This document shows, piece after piece, positions 9,266 to 19,722 of a stretch of DNA of 59,731 bases. Both the position numbers and the translations under genes were made by a program. The stretch spans positions 1 to 59,731 of the forward strand of contig JALOMB010000003.1 in the NCBI GenBank assembly GCA_025455685.1, written 5' to 3'. The notes under the pieces were generated by a model that made no database searches, was not told where the DNA came from, and saw only the letters and a list, made by a program, of their open reading frames with translations. This DNA is from Chitinophagales bacterium. GTDB taxonomy: Bacteria > Bacteroidota > Bacteroidia > Chitinophagales > JADJOU01. The first letter of the stretch is position 1. Each line of letters starts with the position of its first letter.

Positions 9266-12200
9266 ATGAAGCAAATTGTAAAATTTAGCTCGGTATTGTT
9301 TTTGCTGATGTTTTGTGTAAATTCATTTTCACAGAGTAACACTATTGGGGGTTCTGAGTTTGTATTTAGGAATATTGACCCCAATAATCCCAATTTAATG
9401 GAAGTGACTTTGTTGATTTATGTTCCTTGCGACGCTTCAGCACCTACAGAGATTCCTTCTGTGAGAATGGTCTATACTTCAGTTGAACTTTGTGAGCATT
9501 TCTCAGAATTAGTCGAATTATCTGAAAATACTCAACTTCCTAAAGTCATTACACCAATCTGTGGTTTTAACTCTGTTACTACTCAGTGTGATGCAGGCGG
9601 ATCTTCATCTCCCAATGTCGGCTTACGGATGCATGCCTATGTCGATACAGTTGAATTACCCGGATTAGCTACCGATTGGCGCGTAGCTGTGCTTTTTGAC
9701 AATGGTGAGCAAAATATAGATTTTATTTTAAATAATAATGCTCAGGGGCTGATAGCAGCAAATCCAGCTTTTAGACCTATTTTTACTAATCGATATCGTT
9801 TTGCTAATATGGCAAATGTTCAAAATAATTTAATAGCGTATAATGAGGCTTTAGTTAGCAATAAAAACTTCAATGGTCAAAAATTTGTATCCAATAATAC
9901 TGCAAGAACCTCTATATATCCAATATTCAATGTATGTCAATTTATTGATAGAACCATAGATTTTGGATATTTTGATGAAGACGGTGATGTCTTGGAGTTC
10001 GAGTTTGCGCCTTATTTTATAGATGCATCACCAGCTAATGTACGTGATATAACAAATAGATCTCTTCCAACTTCGGGAACCTATAATCCAGTTTTTCGTA
10101 ATTTCCAATTCCCTATAGGTAATGGGATTCTAGAATTAGACCCGAATACAGGTGTAATGACCTATAGACCAGGCACTGATATGACCGTAGGGACATTTAA
10201 ATACACCATTAAGGTAACTGAAAAGAGAAAAGATCTTTCAGGGAATTTACAAGTAGTCGGCTACTCTTATAAAGATTTGTATTTCATAGTACAGAATTCT
10301 CCTGACTGCAGATTTCCAATTATTCACCAAGGATCAAATTCTGACTTCTTGCCTGTGGTAGATAATATCGTTAATGGTGCTTTAGTTTCAGGTACTACTA
10401 TTCCAACTATTGAAGCATGTACGGGCAATAATTTATCTTTTAGAGTTCGTGCAGAGTCCTGGGTACCCTTGTCAAATTTAGCGGTAAGTATCGATATCAA
10501 AGACATGGATACTATGCTTAGTAATGCAGGTGCTAATATCGTATCAAGTTATGTCGATGGAAATCATCTTCAACTCATTAGAGATACAGCTTCAGGTATT
10601 TTTTCTGTAAATTTACCGAGTCACGCTAAACCAGGTTTGTATCCTGTGACTTTTAAAGTGAAGACTTGTACTGATGGATATGATATTACCAACCTTAAAA
10701 CGGTCCTAATTAGAATAAATGATTCCACTAGAATTTCTTGGTCATATAATAATGAAAAAATCAAAGAATTTGTTTTGAATCCAAATGTCGTTTATGGCTG
10801 TGATAACGGACCTATTCCTTTATTATATGCTTCAAATGGTTTAGATAAATACACTATTACATGGTCTAGTGCTTGTCCTAATTTGATTAGTTTCGAAGAT
10901 AATGACGGACAAGATAGGATTGGCGCAAAAGCGCTTCTAGACATTACAGGTCAGCCTGCATCATGTTTTGTTATTGCTACATCAAATCAATATTGTCTCA
11001 ATAAAGACACGATTTTAGTAAGACATGCTACTCCGATGAATAGTCAACTAGAGGTAGTATCTACTCAGAGATGTTATAATGATAGAATAGATTTAAAAGT
11101 CTCAAACACACCGGTTACCGCTAGATATTATTGGCAGACGGATTTAGGGTTTGTCGAGGAGCCTTCCATTTATTCGAATGAAGCTTCCTTGATCTTAGAT
11201 AAGAAAAGTATCTCTTATCGTATTTTTGTAGTTAACAATACAGATACTTGTGTAGAATTTTTCGGTAGTGGTGGCCAAGAAGTCGAGGGTATTCTCCCAC
11301 AATTAGATATTTCGGCAGATAAAACAGGGGTTTGTCCTAATGAGACGATTAAATTCACGACAAGGGTCAATACCTCTATCTGTGGTTTAGATGATTTTAA
11401 TCAACCTACAGGGCCTGAAAAGCAAGCTCAGTTCAATAATGTCTTCGTAAGCACAGCGGCTTTGCCTAGAACTTTTGCTGCTAACGGTACTATTCGATTT
11501 TTGCGCACACAATCTCTATATCGTGCAGAAGAATTGATCAAAGAAGGATTTGAAGCCGGTATTATCAAGAGTATTGGATATAATTTTCAGAATATTACTA
11601 ATCCAAGTAGATATAAAAATTTAACTATAAAAGTTATTTGTACGGATTTGATAAATTTAGAAAATCAAGGATTTGTTCCTGATTCGACTATGATTTTGCT
11701 CGCAAGTAAGCCACTACAAGATCTTGTTAACGGATGGAATGATATCGTTTTTGATAGAACGTTTACGTGGGATGGGAGAACTTCTTTGATTTTTCAAGTT
11801 CAGGCGGAATGCGTCGATAGCTCACGCAATGACCCAGGCGCTGCCACTATGTTCGAACATGTTACGCCTTATATTTCAACTATAGGAAGCTATAGTAACA
11901 ATCGCCGAGCTTGGTCACCTAATCCTACTGCTACTGGCGCATTTAGACAAAACATACGATTTACCTATCAAGATATTGACCCATCATCTATATTATTTGA
12001 CTGGAAACCGACTTTGAATAATATATCAACTATTGATAATCCTTCATTAAAAAATGTTTCTGTAACTGCTCGTAAACGAGACTTTTATGAACTTAAGGCT
12101 ACTTATGGGAAATGTGTGAATACCAAAAAGATTTTAGCTGACATCGATTCAAATTATTTTGTGCATTTAGATAATTTCATAGTCAATAAATGCGCTACAC

Positions 12201-14887
12201 AAAAAGTACAGGTGCAGGCTAGTGCGGGTATCATCAATCAAAGGTTTTATGATTTTGGTTGTGGTCCTGTAGCATTCACCGCGAAACCCGAAGATACGAC
12301 CTATAGCGGATTTATCGGACTCAAAACCACCACTACCACGAATTCAGAAGTGTCTCCTTATGGCAATGATCAAGCGGTTCAACCAACTACGACTACCGTG
12401 ACAGATAAGAGAGTTCAATACATTTTTACTAAAAATGAGATAAGAAATTCTTTAGCTTCTTCCGGCATTACCAAAGGGCTTATTCAATATATCGTCATAG
12501 ATAGTTTTATTCGAAGACCAAATGTCAATGCTTTAAATAATTTCAGTGTTAAAATTAGATGCTTGCCCGATAAAGATTCCATTTTTTATAATGATAATTT
12601 TGATAACTCTTCAGACTTTACAGAGGTTTTTTATGAGCAGAGATATTTTCCGGGTAATAGAAATTTAACTTCAAATAAAGATACCATTTACTTCCAAAAA
12701 GCTTATTCATGGAATGATACTTCTCATATCCTTATAGATATTTGCTTTGATAATATTTCAGGTAATGTATACAATCCCGAATCTGTAAGAGTTCATACCT
12801 TACCAAGAATTAATAACGTAAACATCAATAGAAGTTTATTTAGATCTCAGAATCAAAACTTAGCTAATAATCCGCAGATTTTTCCTTGTTCTTATCTTAC
12901 GGGTAAACGCTCCAATCTAAGACCTAATATAATTTTTGGAATCGTCAACGCCAAACCAAACCCGCCTTCTGTACCATTGTTTTATACTTGGGGACCTTCT
13001 ATAGGGTTGAGCAATAGTAGAATAAGCAATCCAATTGTTTTTCATGGTGATAGTATTACGTATAAGGTAATCGTGGATTATATTGATACATTTAGGAATG
13101 TAGATACGTTGAAATGTCGTGTTGATACAGTTTTGACTGTTAATGTTACTAGACCAAATCTTACATTTTTACCCAATCCTGTAGGTGTTTGTGCAGGAGA
13201 TTCTGTTTTTCTTAGAGTTTCCTCAGATTCGTTACCATTTAGTAGATATAAATATCAATGGGAAGCAGCTTTAGGCATAGATTCGGCTTATCTTAATCGA
13301 CAAAATATTTTTGTAAAACCATTAAAAAGAGATAAGTATTATAAAGTGAAAATAGAAGATGTCAATGATTCTACTTGTTGGAATATAGATAGTATTAGTA
13401 TCAATATACAAAATCGCAAACCAATGCCTGATATAGGTACTCAAGCCCTTATATGCCCTGGACAATCATATCGTTTTACTATTCCGGATAGCCTTGGATA
13501 TAAAAATGTAAAATGGTATTTTGAAGGAAATTTCATTGATACAGGCTATGTCTTCCATGCCACACGTCCTGGTTTCTATGAAGCCCAGGTAGATAGTGGT
13601 TTTTGTTCTAATTTCTCCAGAGTTTTTGAATTACGATCGAGGAATGCTAATTCAGTCAAGCTCATTGATACATTTATATCTATTTGTCAAGGTCAAGCCG
13701 CCAATATAAGATATGATTTGTCTAGTGGTGTAAGTGATTTATTATGGAATAATGGAAGTAAATCTATAATCAATACAGTGACAGAGCCTGGTTTATATTA
13801 TGTTATTCGTGCAAAAGATCAGTTCGGATGCAACATGATAGTAGATGACACTGCACGAGTGGTATTAGTCGAAAACAATGATTTTAGTCTTAATTCAGAT
13901 TCTTTCTGTATAGAATCAGATGGTTTTGTTCGTTTAGAACCTAAGCCATTTCATCCTAATGCACTATATACTTGGACGCCTAGTAATACTACAGGTAACT
14001 TTTTCGAAGCTCGAAGACCTGGGACTTATACTGTTGTTAGAAATCTTAATGGCTGTCTTAAATCCGCTTCAACTGAAGTTATTCAAGGAAGCTACGGAAA
14101 GCTTAATCTAGGAAATACGAAACTGATTTGTTGTGATGAGGTAGTAAGACTGAATGCAAATCCTGAGAACAAGCCTTATACAGCCTATAAATGGGCAATA
14201 GGTAATACCAATCAAGAAATTATAATCCCGACTAGGGTTTCAGCTAGATATTTTGTAGAAGCTATTCGTGAAAATGGCTGTAAGGACACCGGTTCTGTTC
14301 AGGTTATTTCTAAATGTATAAATTTAAAAGAAGATTCAGCCTATGATAAAATTTTGTTTTTGGGTGACACCAATAAATTAAAAGCCACATATGATTCATT
14401 AGAAAACACTAATATATCATTTGTATGGCAGACTTTTCAGCAATATAATAATGGTATCATATTTAATGGACGCTCCAATACAGAAGTGCTCCCTATAGAT
14501 ACAGGAGATGCTGAATATATACTTACAGTCAAAATTCAAGACACTAGATTTTTGAATGAAGAAGCGTGTCAAGAAACAGTAGTCTATAGATTTAGAGTTA
14601 TTCCTAGTCAAATTCAAACATTCAATGGATTAACGCCAAATGGCGATGGTATAAATGATAGTTATTATCCTGTATTGGAAGGTGAAGTTCAAATTCTTGA
14701 CTTCAAAGTAATCAATCGTTATGGTCAAAAACTCCATGACAATCCAGATATTCCATGGAACGGTTTCTATGAAGGTCAAAAGCAGCCTGCAGGAGTTTAT
14801 CTCGCACTTATAAAATACCGTGTAATGGATGCTATGAAAGGTTATGTAGAGAAGTTTTTATATGATAATATTGTAATTATAGATTAA
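9266..14887 (+). CDS. large T9SS-secreted surface protein with type-B C-terminal sorting domain (gliding-motility-associated CTD)
   Basis: Signal peptide; Cys-containing Ig-like repeats; C-terminal NGLTPNGDGIND..NRYG..WNG..GVY; followed by a porP/sprF paralog. Confidence 0.9.
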   Translation: MKQIVKFSSVLFLLMFCVNSFSQSNTIGGSEFVFRNIDPNNPNLMEVTLLIYVPCDASAPTEIPSVRMVYTSVELCEHFSELVELSENTQLPKVITPICGFNSVTTQCDAGGSSSPNVGLRMHAYVDTVELPGLATDWRVAVLFDNGEQNIDFILNNNAQGLIAANPAFRPIFTNRYRFANMANVQNNLIAYNEALVSNKNFNGQKFVSNNTARTSIYPIFNVCQFIDRTIDFGYFDEDGDVLEFEFAPYFIDASPANVRDITNRSLPTSGTYNPVFRNFQFPIGNGILELDPNTGVMTYRPGTDMTVGTFKYTIKVTEKRKDLSGNLQVVGYSYKDLYFIVQNSPDCRFPIIHQGSNSDFLPVVDNIVNGALVSGTTIPTIEACTGNNLSFRVRAESWVPLSNLAVSIDIKDMDTMLSNAGANIVSSYVDGNHLQLIRDTASGIFSVNLPSHAKPGLYPVTFKVKTCTDGYDITNLKTVLIRINDSTRISWSYNNEKIKEFVLNPNVVYGCDNGPIPLLYASNGLDKYTITWSSACPNLISFEDNDGQDRIGAKALLDITGQPASCFVIATSNQYCLNKDTILVRHATPMNSQLEVVSTQRCYNDRIDLKVSNTPVTARYYWQTDLGFVEEPSIYSNEASLILDKKSISYRIFVVNNTDTCVEFFGSGGQEVEGILPQLDISADKTGVCPNETIKFTTRVNTSICGLDDFNQPTGPEKQAQFNNVFVSTAALPRTFAANGTIRFLRTQSLYRAEELIKEGFEAGIIKSIGYNFQNITNPSRYKNLTIKVICTDLINLENQGFVPDSTMILLASKPLQDLVNGWNDIVFDRTFTWDGRTSLIFQVQAECVDSSRNDPGAATMFEHVTPYISTIGSYSNNRRAWSPNPTATGAFRQNIRFTYQDIDPSSILFDWKPTLNNISTIDNPSLKNVSVTARKRDFYELKATYGKCVNTKKILADIDSNYFVHLDNFIVNKCATQKVQVQASAGIINQRFYDFGCGPVAFTAKPEDTTYSGFIGLKTTTTTNSEVSPYGNDQAVQPTTTTVTDKRVQYIFTKNEIRNSLASSGITKGLIQYIVIDSFIRRPNVNALNNFSVKIRCLPDKDSIFYNDNFDNSSDFTEVFYEQRYFPGNRNLTSNKDTIYFQKAYSWNDTSHILIDICFDNISGNVYNPESVRVHTLPRINNVNINRSLFRSQNQNLANNPQIFPCSYLTGKRSNLRPNIIFGIVNAKPNPPSVPLFYTWGPSIGLSNSRISNPIVFHGDSITYKVIVDYIDTFRNVDTLKCRVDTVLTVNVTRPNLTFLPNPVGVCAGDSVFLRVSSDSLPFSRYKYQWEAALGIDSAYLNRQNIFVKPLKRDKYYKVKIEDVNDSTCWNIDSISINIQNRKPMPDIGTQALICPGQSYRFTIPDSLGYKNVKWYFEGNFIDTGYVFHATRPGFYEAQVDSGFCSNFSRVFELRSRNANSVKLIDTFISICQGQAANIRYDLSSGVSDLLWNNGSKSIINTVTEPGLYYVIRAKDQFGCNMIVDDTARVVLVENNDFSLNSDSFCIESDGFVRLEPKPFHPNALYTWTPSNTTGNFFEARRPGTYTVVRNLNGCLKSASTEVIQGSYGKLNLGNTKLICCDEVVRLNANPENKPYTAYKWAIGNTNQEIIIPTRVSARYFVEAIRENGCKDTGSVQVISKCINLKEDSAYDKILFLGDTNKLKATYDSLENTNISFVWQTFQQYNNGIIFNGRSNTEVLPIDTGDAEYILTVKIQDTRFLNEEACQETVVYRFRVIPSQIQTFNGLTPNGDGINDSYYPVLEGEVQILDFKVINRYGQKLHDNPDIPWNGFYEGQKQPAGVYLALIKYRVMDAMKGYVEKFLYDNIVIID

Positions 14888-15897
14888 TGAGAAGGTTGTT
14901 TATTATATGTTTTTATTTATCTTTATCTTTGACTAGTGCAAGTCAAAACAATATTCATTTTTCTCAATTTTATAATGTTCCGCTATATTTAAATCCTGCA
15001 AATGCTGGAAACTTTTCAGATCTATTTCGCTTTAATGCAATAGTGAGAAGACAATGGTCTGGGTTACAAGCTGGCGGTGCAAATGATGCTTTTGCTATGC
15101 AGACTATGGGATTGGGTATCGATTTAAATTTAGGAAATTCTGTAGGAGCAGGTCTCATGGTGATAAGTGATCAAACTGGTTCTGCAATTTTTAATACGAC
15201 GATTATATCACCTACGCTTTCTAAACATTTTAATTTTAAAAACAAAAGACTTTCTTTTGGAATTCAACCTTCTTATACTGTAGCGCAGGTTGATGTATCC
15301 AAGGTTCGTTTCTTTCAATTAGAACCAAATGATTTTCAGAGCTCCTCTTATTTTGATTTAGGATTAGGCGTTAAGTATATCCATGATTTTGATAATCTAA
15401 CATTTCACACCTCTTTTGCAGTAGATCATCTTTTAGGAGCCAAACAATCGTTTTTAGTTAATGGAAGCGGACAAGAGATTCCAAAACAATTTAAAGGAGC
15501 CTTGAATATTGAATGGGAGCCTCTACCTTACCTTCAATTTATTCCTGGTTATTATATTGCATGGCAAGCTAATGCAACAAATATGCTATATGGGAGTAAT
15601 GTGGCTTATAAGATACCTTTTAAAACCCCTTTTGGAAGTCCGATCTTAATCGGCGGCCTTTGGGGAAGAAGCAATAGAGCAAATTTAGAATCAATTATAC
15701 CTAAGATTGGTTTGAAATATGCTAGTTTGATCGCAATGTTTAGCTATGATTATCACGTTAATTTGAGAAGAGATGATATTTCAAGTTTTACACCAAATAA
15801 TGTAAACACCATTGAGTTATCTGTAATTTATACCTTCAAGCCCGCATCACCACCTCCTTTAAATGAATTTGATTATATTTTAAATCCAAGATTTTAA
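14887..15897 (+). CDS. PorP/SprF family T9SS outer-membrane protein
   Basis: HFSQFYNVPLYLNPANAG...RRQW N-terminus; SYDY and IELSVIY C-terminal strands; TAATG overlap with the cargo gene. Confidence 0.92.
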   Translation: MRRLFIICFYLSLSLTSASQNNIHFSQFYNVPLYLNPANAGNFSDLFRFNAIVRRQWSGLQAGGANDAFAMQTMGLGIDLNLGNSVGAGLMVISDQTGSAIFNTTIISPTLSKHFNFKNKRLSFGIQPSYTVAQVDVSKVRFFQLEPNDFQSSSYFDLGLGVKYIHDFDNLTFHTSFAVDHLLGAKQSFLVNGSGQEIPKQFKGALNIEWEPLPYLQFIPGYYIAWQANATNMLYGSNVAYKIPFKTPFGSPILIGGLWGRSNRANLESIIPKIGLKYASLIAMFSYDYHVNLRRDDISSFTPNNVNTIELSVIYTFKPASPPPLNEFDYILNPRF

Positions 15898-15908
15898 TTT
15901 AACTACCT

Positions 15909-18002
15909 ATGATCCTGAAAATCACAAAGCTTTGTTTCTTATTATTTACCTTATCCATTTTTTTGATAGGTAATGCTCAGTTTCAAGCCTTCAAATCAAC
16001 CGACAAAAAGAGAGCCCAGCTTAATCAAGAGTTAATCAAACATAAAAATGTGGGCTATTCACAATTGATAACTTTTGCCAAAAAACTAGAAAACCAAGGT
16101 TCTTATGTTAATGCGGTAGAGTATTACCTTTTGGCTCAGAAACAAAAGCCAGATAATAAGTTTGTATTACAGAAACTATCTTATCTAAATTTCGAACTAA
16201 GAGATTATATTGCATCAAAGGAATGGACTGAGAAATTACTCGATGTGGACCAGAATTTCGATGAAGATGCTAAAGTAAGATTAGCCATGTGTCACAAGGC
16301 TACGGGAGATTTCAAAAAAGCTACCACAGTTCTCGATCAGTTATTGACACAAAAAAGAAAACGCAACGATTTTCAGATTCTAGAAAATGAACAAAAAGGA
16401 GCAAAACTCGGTTTAGAAATCCGTGATAAAACAGATTTAAATTATGATGTAGTCAATATAAAACAGCTCAACGGAAACCTACAGGAGTATGCACCACAGC
16501 CTCTAGCCAACAACAATATTATCTTCTCTGCACTCCTCTCTGATACTGCTTTAAATGTAACCAAACTAAAAGAACAAGGTGCAGATTATACTTCTAAACT
16601 TATTTTCTCACATTACGACGAACAAAGAGATTTCTGGAGTAAGCCTGAGCTACTTCCAATTGAAATAAATGAACCTGAAGTTCATATAGGAAATGGTTTC
16701 TTGGACAAATCTGGCAAATATCTATATTTTACTAAATGCCAAGAAAATGAAAAACTTGAAATGAAATGTAAATTATTTCTAGCTGAAAAGAAAGATGATA
16801 AATGGTCAGTTGAGGAGCTTAAAACACTAAATTCGAAAGGTACCACCAATACACAACCAGCAATCATGGATGATAGTAGTGGTAAATTTTTACTTTTCGT
16901 AAGTGATAGGCCTGGAGGTAAAGGCAAACTTGATATTTGGTATAATAAACTCGAGCCAAATGGCAGACCAAGCAAAGAGTCAGTTAATTTATCTGCATTA
17001 AACTCTTTTAATGATGATGTAACGCCTTTTTATCATACAGAAACTAAAACCCTATATTTTTCTTCTAATGGCTATCCAAATTTAGGAGGATTCGATGTTT
17101 TTAAAGTTTCTGGAAATCTTAAAAAATGGGATAAAATTATCAATTTAAAATATCCATTTAACTCTACAGTTGATGATATTTATTTTAAAATTGATGATAA
17201 AGGTGAAGGATTTTTGGTGTCTAATAGAGATGGTTCTCGCTCCCCGAGAGGCGCAACTTGTTGTGATGATTTGTGGCGAGTCAAAGTCAAATCTTATGAT
17301 CTATGGGTCAAAGGATATTTCGTAAGTTCAAAAGATTCTGCAGGTGCCAAGAAACTACTTGGCGTTAGTGCTATAATGTCGGATAGTAATTATAAGTCGC
17401 TATATAACAACACAATGACAGATTCATTCTTTATGGTCAAAGTTAAGGCAAATAAAGAATATAAAGTACTTGGGGAATTATCAGGTTATTATCCCTCTAT
17501 GACTAATTTTCGAACCCCAATTCAATTATTTAGAAACGACACTATAGTCAAACTATTCGTCATGGAGCCAATAGAAAAGAAACGATATGTCGTAGAAAAT
17601 ATTTACTATGCATTTGATAAATCAGTTGTAAGGGATGATTATAATCAAATTTTAGATTCTGTAGTCTCACTTATGTACCAATTCCCAGATGCTTTCTTAA
17701 GAATCGATGGTCACACGGATGCTCGAGGTACCGAAGAGTATAATCAAGCACTTTCAGAAAGAAGATGTAAGGCTGCAGCGGAATATATTTTACTAAAAGG
17801 TGTAGAACCTGAGCGTATGATTATGAGAGGGTATAATGAATCAGTGCCTATTGCCCCTAACGTAACACCTTCAGGTGAAGACGATCCTGCGGGAAGAGCT
17901 AAGAATAGACGGGTGGAGTTTAAGATATTGAACGATACAGGCAAGCCAGCTGAAATTACTGATTTGGAGTATAGAGTTAATGTTCCCTTTAATAATGATT
18001 GA
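15909..18002 (+). CDS. PorE-like OmpA family protein (TPR + PD40 propeller + OmpA_C)
   Basis: LYFTKC, LLFVSDRPGGKGKLDIW, LYFSSNGYPNLGGFDVF; NIYYAFDKS, GHTDARGTEEYNQALSERR, NRRVEF. Confidence 0.9.
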   Translation: MILKITKLCFLLFTLSIFLIGNAQFQAFKSTDKKRAQLNQELIKHKNVGYSQLITFAKKLENQGSYVNAVEYYLLAQKQKPDNKFVLQKLSYLNFELRDYIASKEWTEKLLDVDQNFDEDAKVRLAMCHKATGDFKKATTVLDQLLTQKRKRNDFQILENEQKGAKLGLEIRDKTDLNYDVVNIKQLNGNLQEYAPQPLANNNIIFSALLSDTALNVTKLKEQGADYTSKLIFSHYDEQRDFWSKPELLPIEINEPEVHIGNGFLDKSGKYLYFTKCQENEKLEMKCKLFLAEKKDDKWSVEELKTLNSKGTTNTQPAIMDDSSGKFLLFVSDRPGGKGKLDIWYNKLEPNGRPSKESVNLSALNSFNDDVTPFYHTETKTLYFSSNGYPNLGGFDVFKVSGNLKKWDKIINLKYPFNSTVDDIYFKIDDKGEGFLVSNRDGSRSPRGATCCDDLWRVKVKSYDLWVKGYFVSSKDSAGAKKLLGVSAIMSDSNYKSLYNNTMTDSFFMVKVKANKEYKVLGELSGYYPSMTNFRTPIQLFRNDTIVKLFVMEPIEKKRYVVENIYYAFDKSVVRDDYNQILDSVVSLMYQFPDAFLRIDGHTDARGTEEYNQALSERRCKAAAEYILLKGVEPERMIMRGYNESVPIAPNVTPSGEDDPAGRAKNRRVEFKILNDTGKPAEITDLEYRVNVPFNND

Positions 18003-18007
18003 TTTTG

Positions 18008-18922
18008 ATGAATAAACAAGTTAAGGTTGCGCTTCTATTTCTTGGCAGTATATTAATCTTTTTTCTGGCGTATTTCTTTCTCAAAGGAACTTTGTTAAAT
18101 CAAAATGATTATACTTATTATGCTAAGTTTCAAAATGTAGAAGGACTTAAAGCTTCTGACAAAATTTTCGTAAATGGGGTACAAGTAGGGTTTATTAAAT
18201 CAATAGGTTTTATTTCCAAAGCAAACCCTCATGATGTTTTATTGACTTGCATCATTGATAAACTTATCAAAATCCCTACAAACTCACAGCTTCAAGTCAC
18301 TAGTATTACTTTAATGGGCAATAAAGGCATTGATTTAAAATTAGGCAATCAAACAAATTTTTACCAAAATCGAGATACTTTAAAGGGTTTAGAAGAAGTA
18401 GGCATGTTGGATAAGTTAACGGCATCACTCGATCCTTTAACACAGAATGCGCAATTGCTTCTAGATCCTAATAATCCTAAAAATTTGCAACAAACCATTG
18501 CTCAGCTTCATGTCTTGCTCTCTTCGATGACTCAGCTCACTCAAACCTTGAATCAAGTGGCAGTAGCTAATCAAAATTCAATTAATAAATCTATGAAAAA
18601 TATAGAAATATTGACTTCTTCCTTAGCAGCGAACACTAAAAATTTAAATGAACTACTCAGCAATACCAACGATATAACCAAGCAACTTAAGAATGGTGAC
18701 TTAGAAAAAACCTTGACAAAACTCAATACAAATTTAGATGACTTCAATAAAATTGTCAAAGATGTCAATCAAGGCAAAGGAAATATGGGCAAATTGCTAA
18801 AAGATGAAAAATTATATGACAATTTAAATGGCACCATAAATTCTGCTAACTTATTACTCGATGATATGAAAGCAAACCCTAATCGTTATATTCATTTTTC
18901 TGTATTCGGAGGAAAAAAATAA
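18008..18922 (+). CDS. MlaD/MCE family protein
   Basis: N-terminal TM anchor, VEGL..SDKIFVNGVQVG, helical tail GKLLKDEKLYDNL...NPNRYIHFSVFG; ATG at 18008 preferred over the track start. Confidence 0.9.
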   Translation: MNKQVKVALLFLGSILIFFLAYFFLKGTLLNQNDYTYYAKFQNVEGLKASDKIFVNGVQVGFIKSIGFISKANPHDVLLTCIIDKLIKIPTNSQLQVTSITLMGNKGIDLKLGNQTNFYQNRDTLKGLEEVGMLDKLTASLDPLTQNAQLLLDPNNPKNLQQTIAQLHVLLSSMTQLTQTLNQVAVANQNSINKSMKNIEILTSSLAANTKNLNELLSNTNDITKQLKNGDLEKTLTKLNTNLDDFNKIVKDVNQGKGNMGKLLKDEKLYDNLNGTINSANLLLDDMKANPNRYIHFSVFGGKK

Positions 18923-18925
18923 AAA

Positions 18926-19618
18926 TTATTTTAAGCGCCTCAGTTTTTCTTCTAATTGTATCATCATCTCTTCTTCATTTTCAGGACTCATTCTTTTATG
19001 AACGGGATACATGTCGTCCTTTAAAGATTTCAGTTTTTCAGACTTCATCGATAAGATTAAATCAATATCGCTTAGCAATTCTAATTCCAAATCGTAAATT
19101 TGCTTGGCAATACTTTCAAAAGTATCCGTTTTTTTAATAGAATATATTTTTTGCGCAATCAAGTAACCTTGATCTGTATATTGATCTATGATGTGAAGTG
19201 TCGCACCTAATTCAAATCCTTTGTATATTGACCATTTCATTGCATCAAGACCTTTTGCAAAAGGCAAAATCCCAGGATGGGCATTATGAATAGTATGTGA
19301 CAAGACTAATTCATCAGGTAAAATTCCTGCTCCGGCTATTAGAATCGCAGCATAAGAAGTTTTATTGAAATGATTTGCTAAGTCGTTTAGCTCAATTTGT
19401 ACATATTCAAAGCCGAATTGCAAAGCTAATTCTTTTGGATAAATCATCTCTTCAACTAAGGGTCTATGATTATATTTTGGCGAAAATTTCTTCTTTTTTT
19501 CTTTCCAGGGTAAAGCAAGCAAGGTCACTTGTATTTCATATCCCTTTTCTCGAATTTTTTTTATTAAATCTTGTGTTTTTCGATGCGGATAATCATAGGT
19601 AATTATGGCGATTGTCAT
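18926..19618 (-). CDS. formyltransferase-family protein (PurN/Fmt fold)
   Basis: NAHPGILP, GATLHII and D.G motifs of N10-formyl-THF-dependent transferases. Confidence 0.75.
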   Translation of the reverse strand: MTIAIITYDYPHRKTQDLIKKIREKGYEIQVTLLALPWKEKKKKFSPKYNHRPLVEEMIYPKELALQFGFEYVQIELNDLANHFNKTSYAAILIAGAGILPDELVLSHTIHNAHPGILPFAKGLDAMKWSIYKGFELGATLHIIDQYTDQGYLIAQKIYSIKKTDTFESIAKQIYDLELELLSDIDLILSMKSEKLKSLKDDMYPVHKRMSPENEEEMMIQLEEKLRRLK

Positions 19619-19722
19619 TTTTTAGAGACAAAAGTAATCAATTCTAATTATTTTTTAGATTTTTTAATATTTATAATATGTTTGCTTATAAATTTATACC
19701 TACTTTTACAAAATTAACATTT

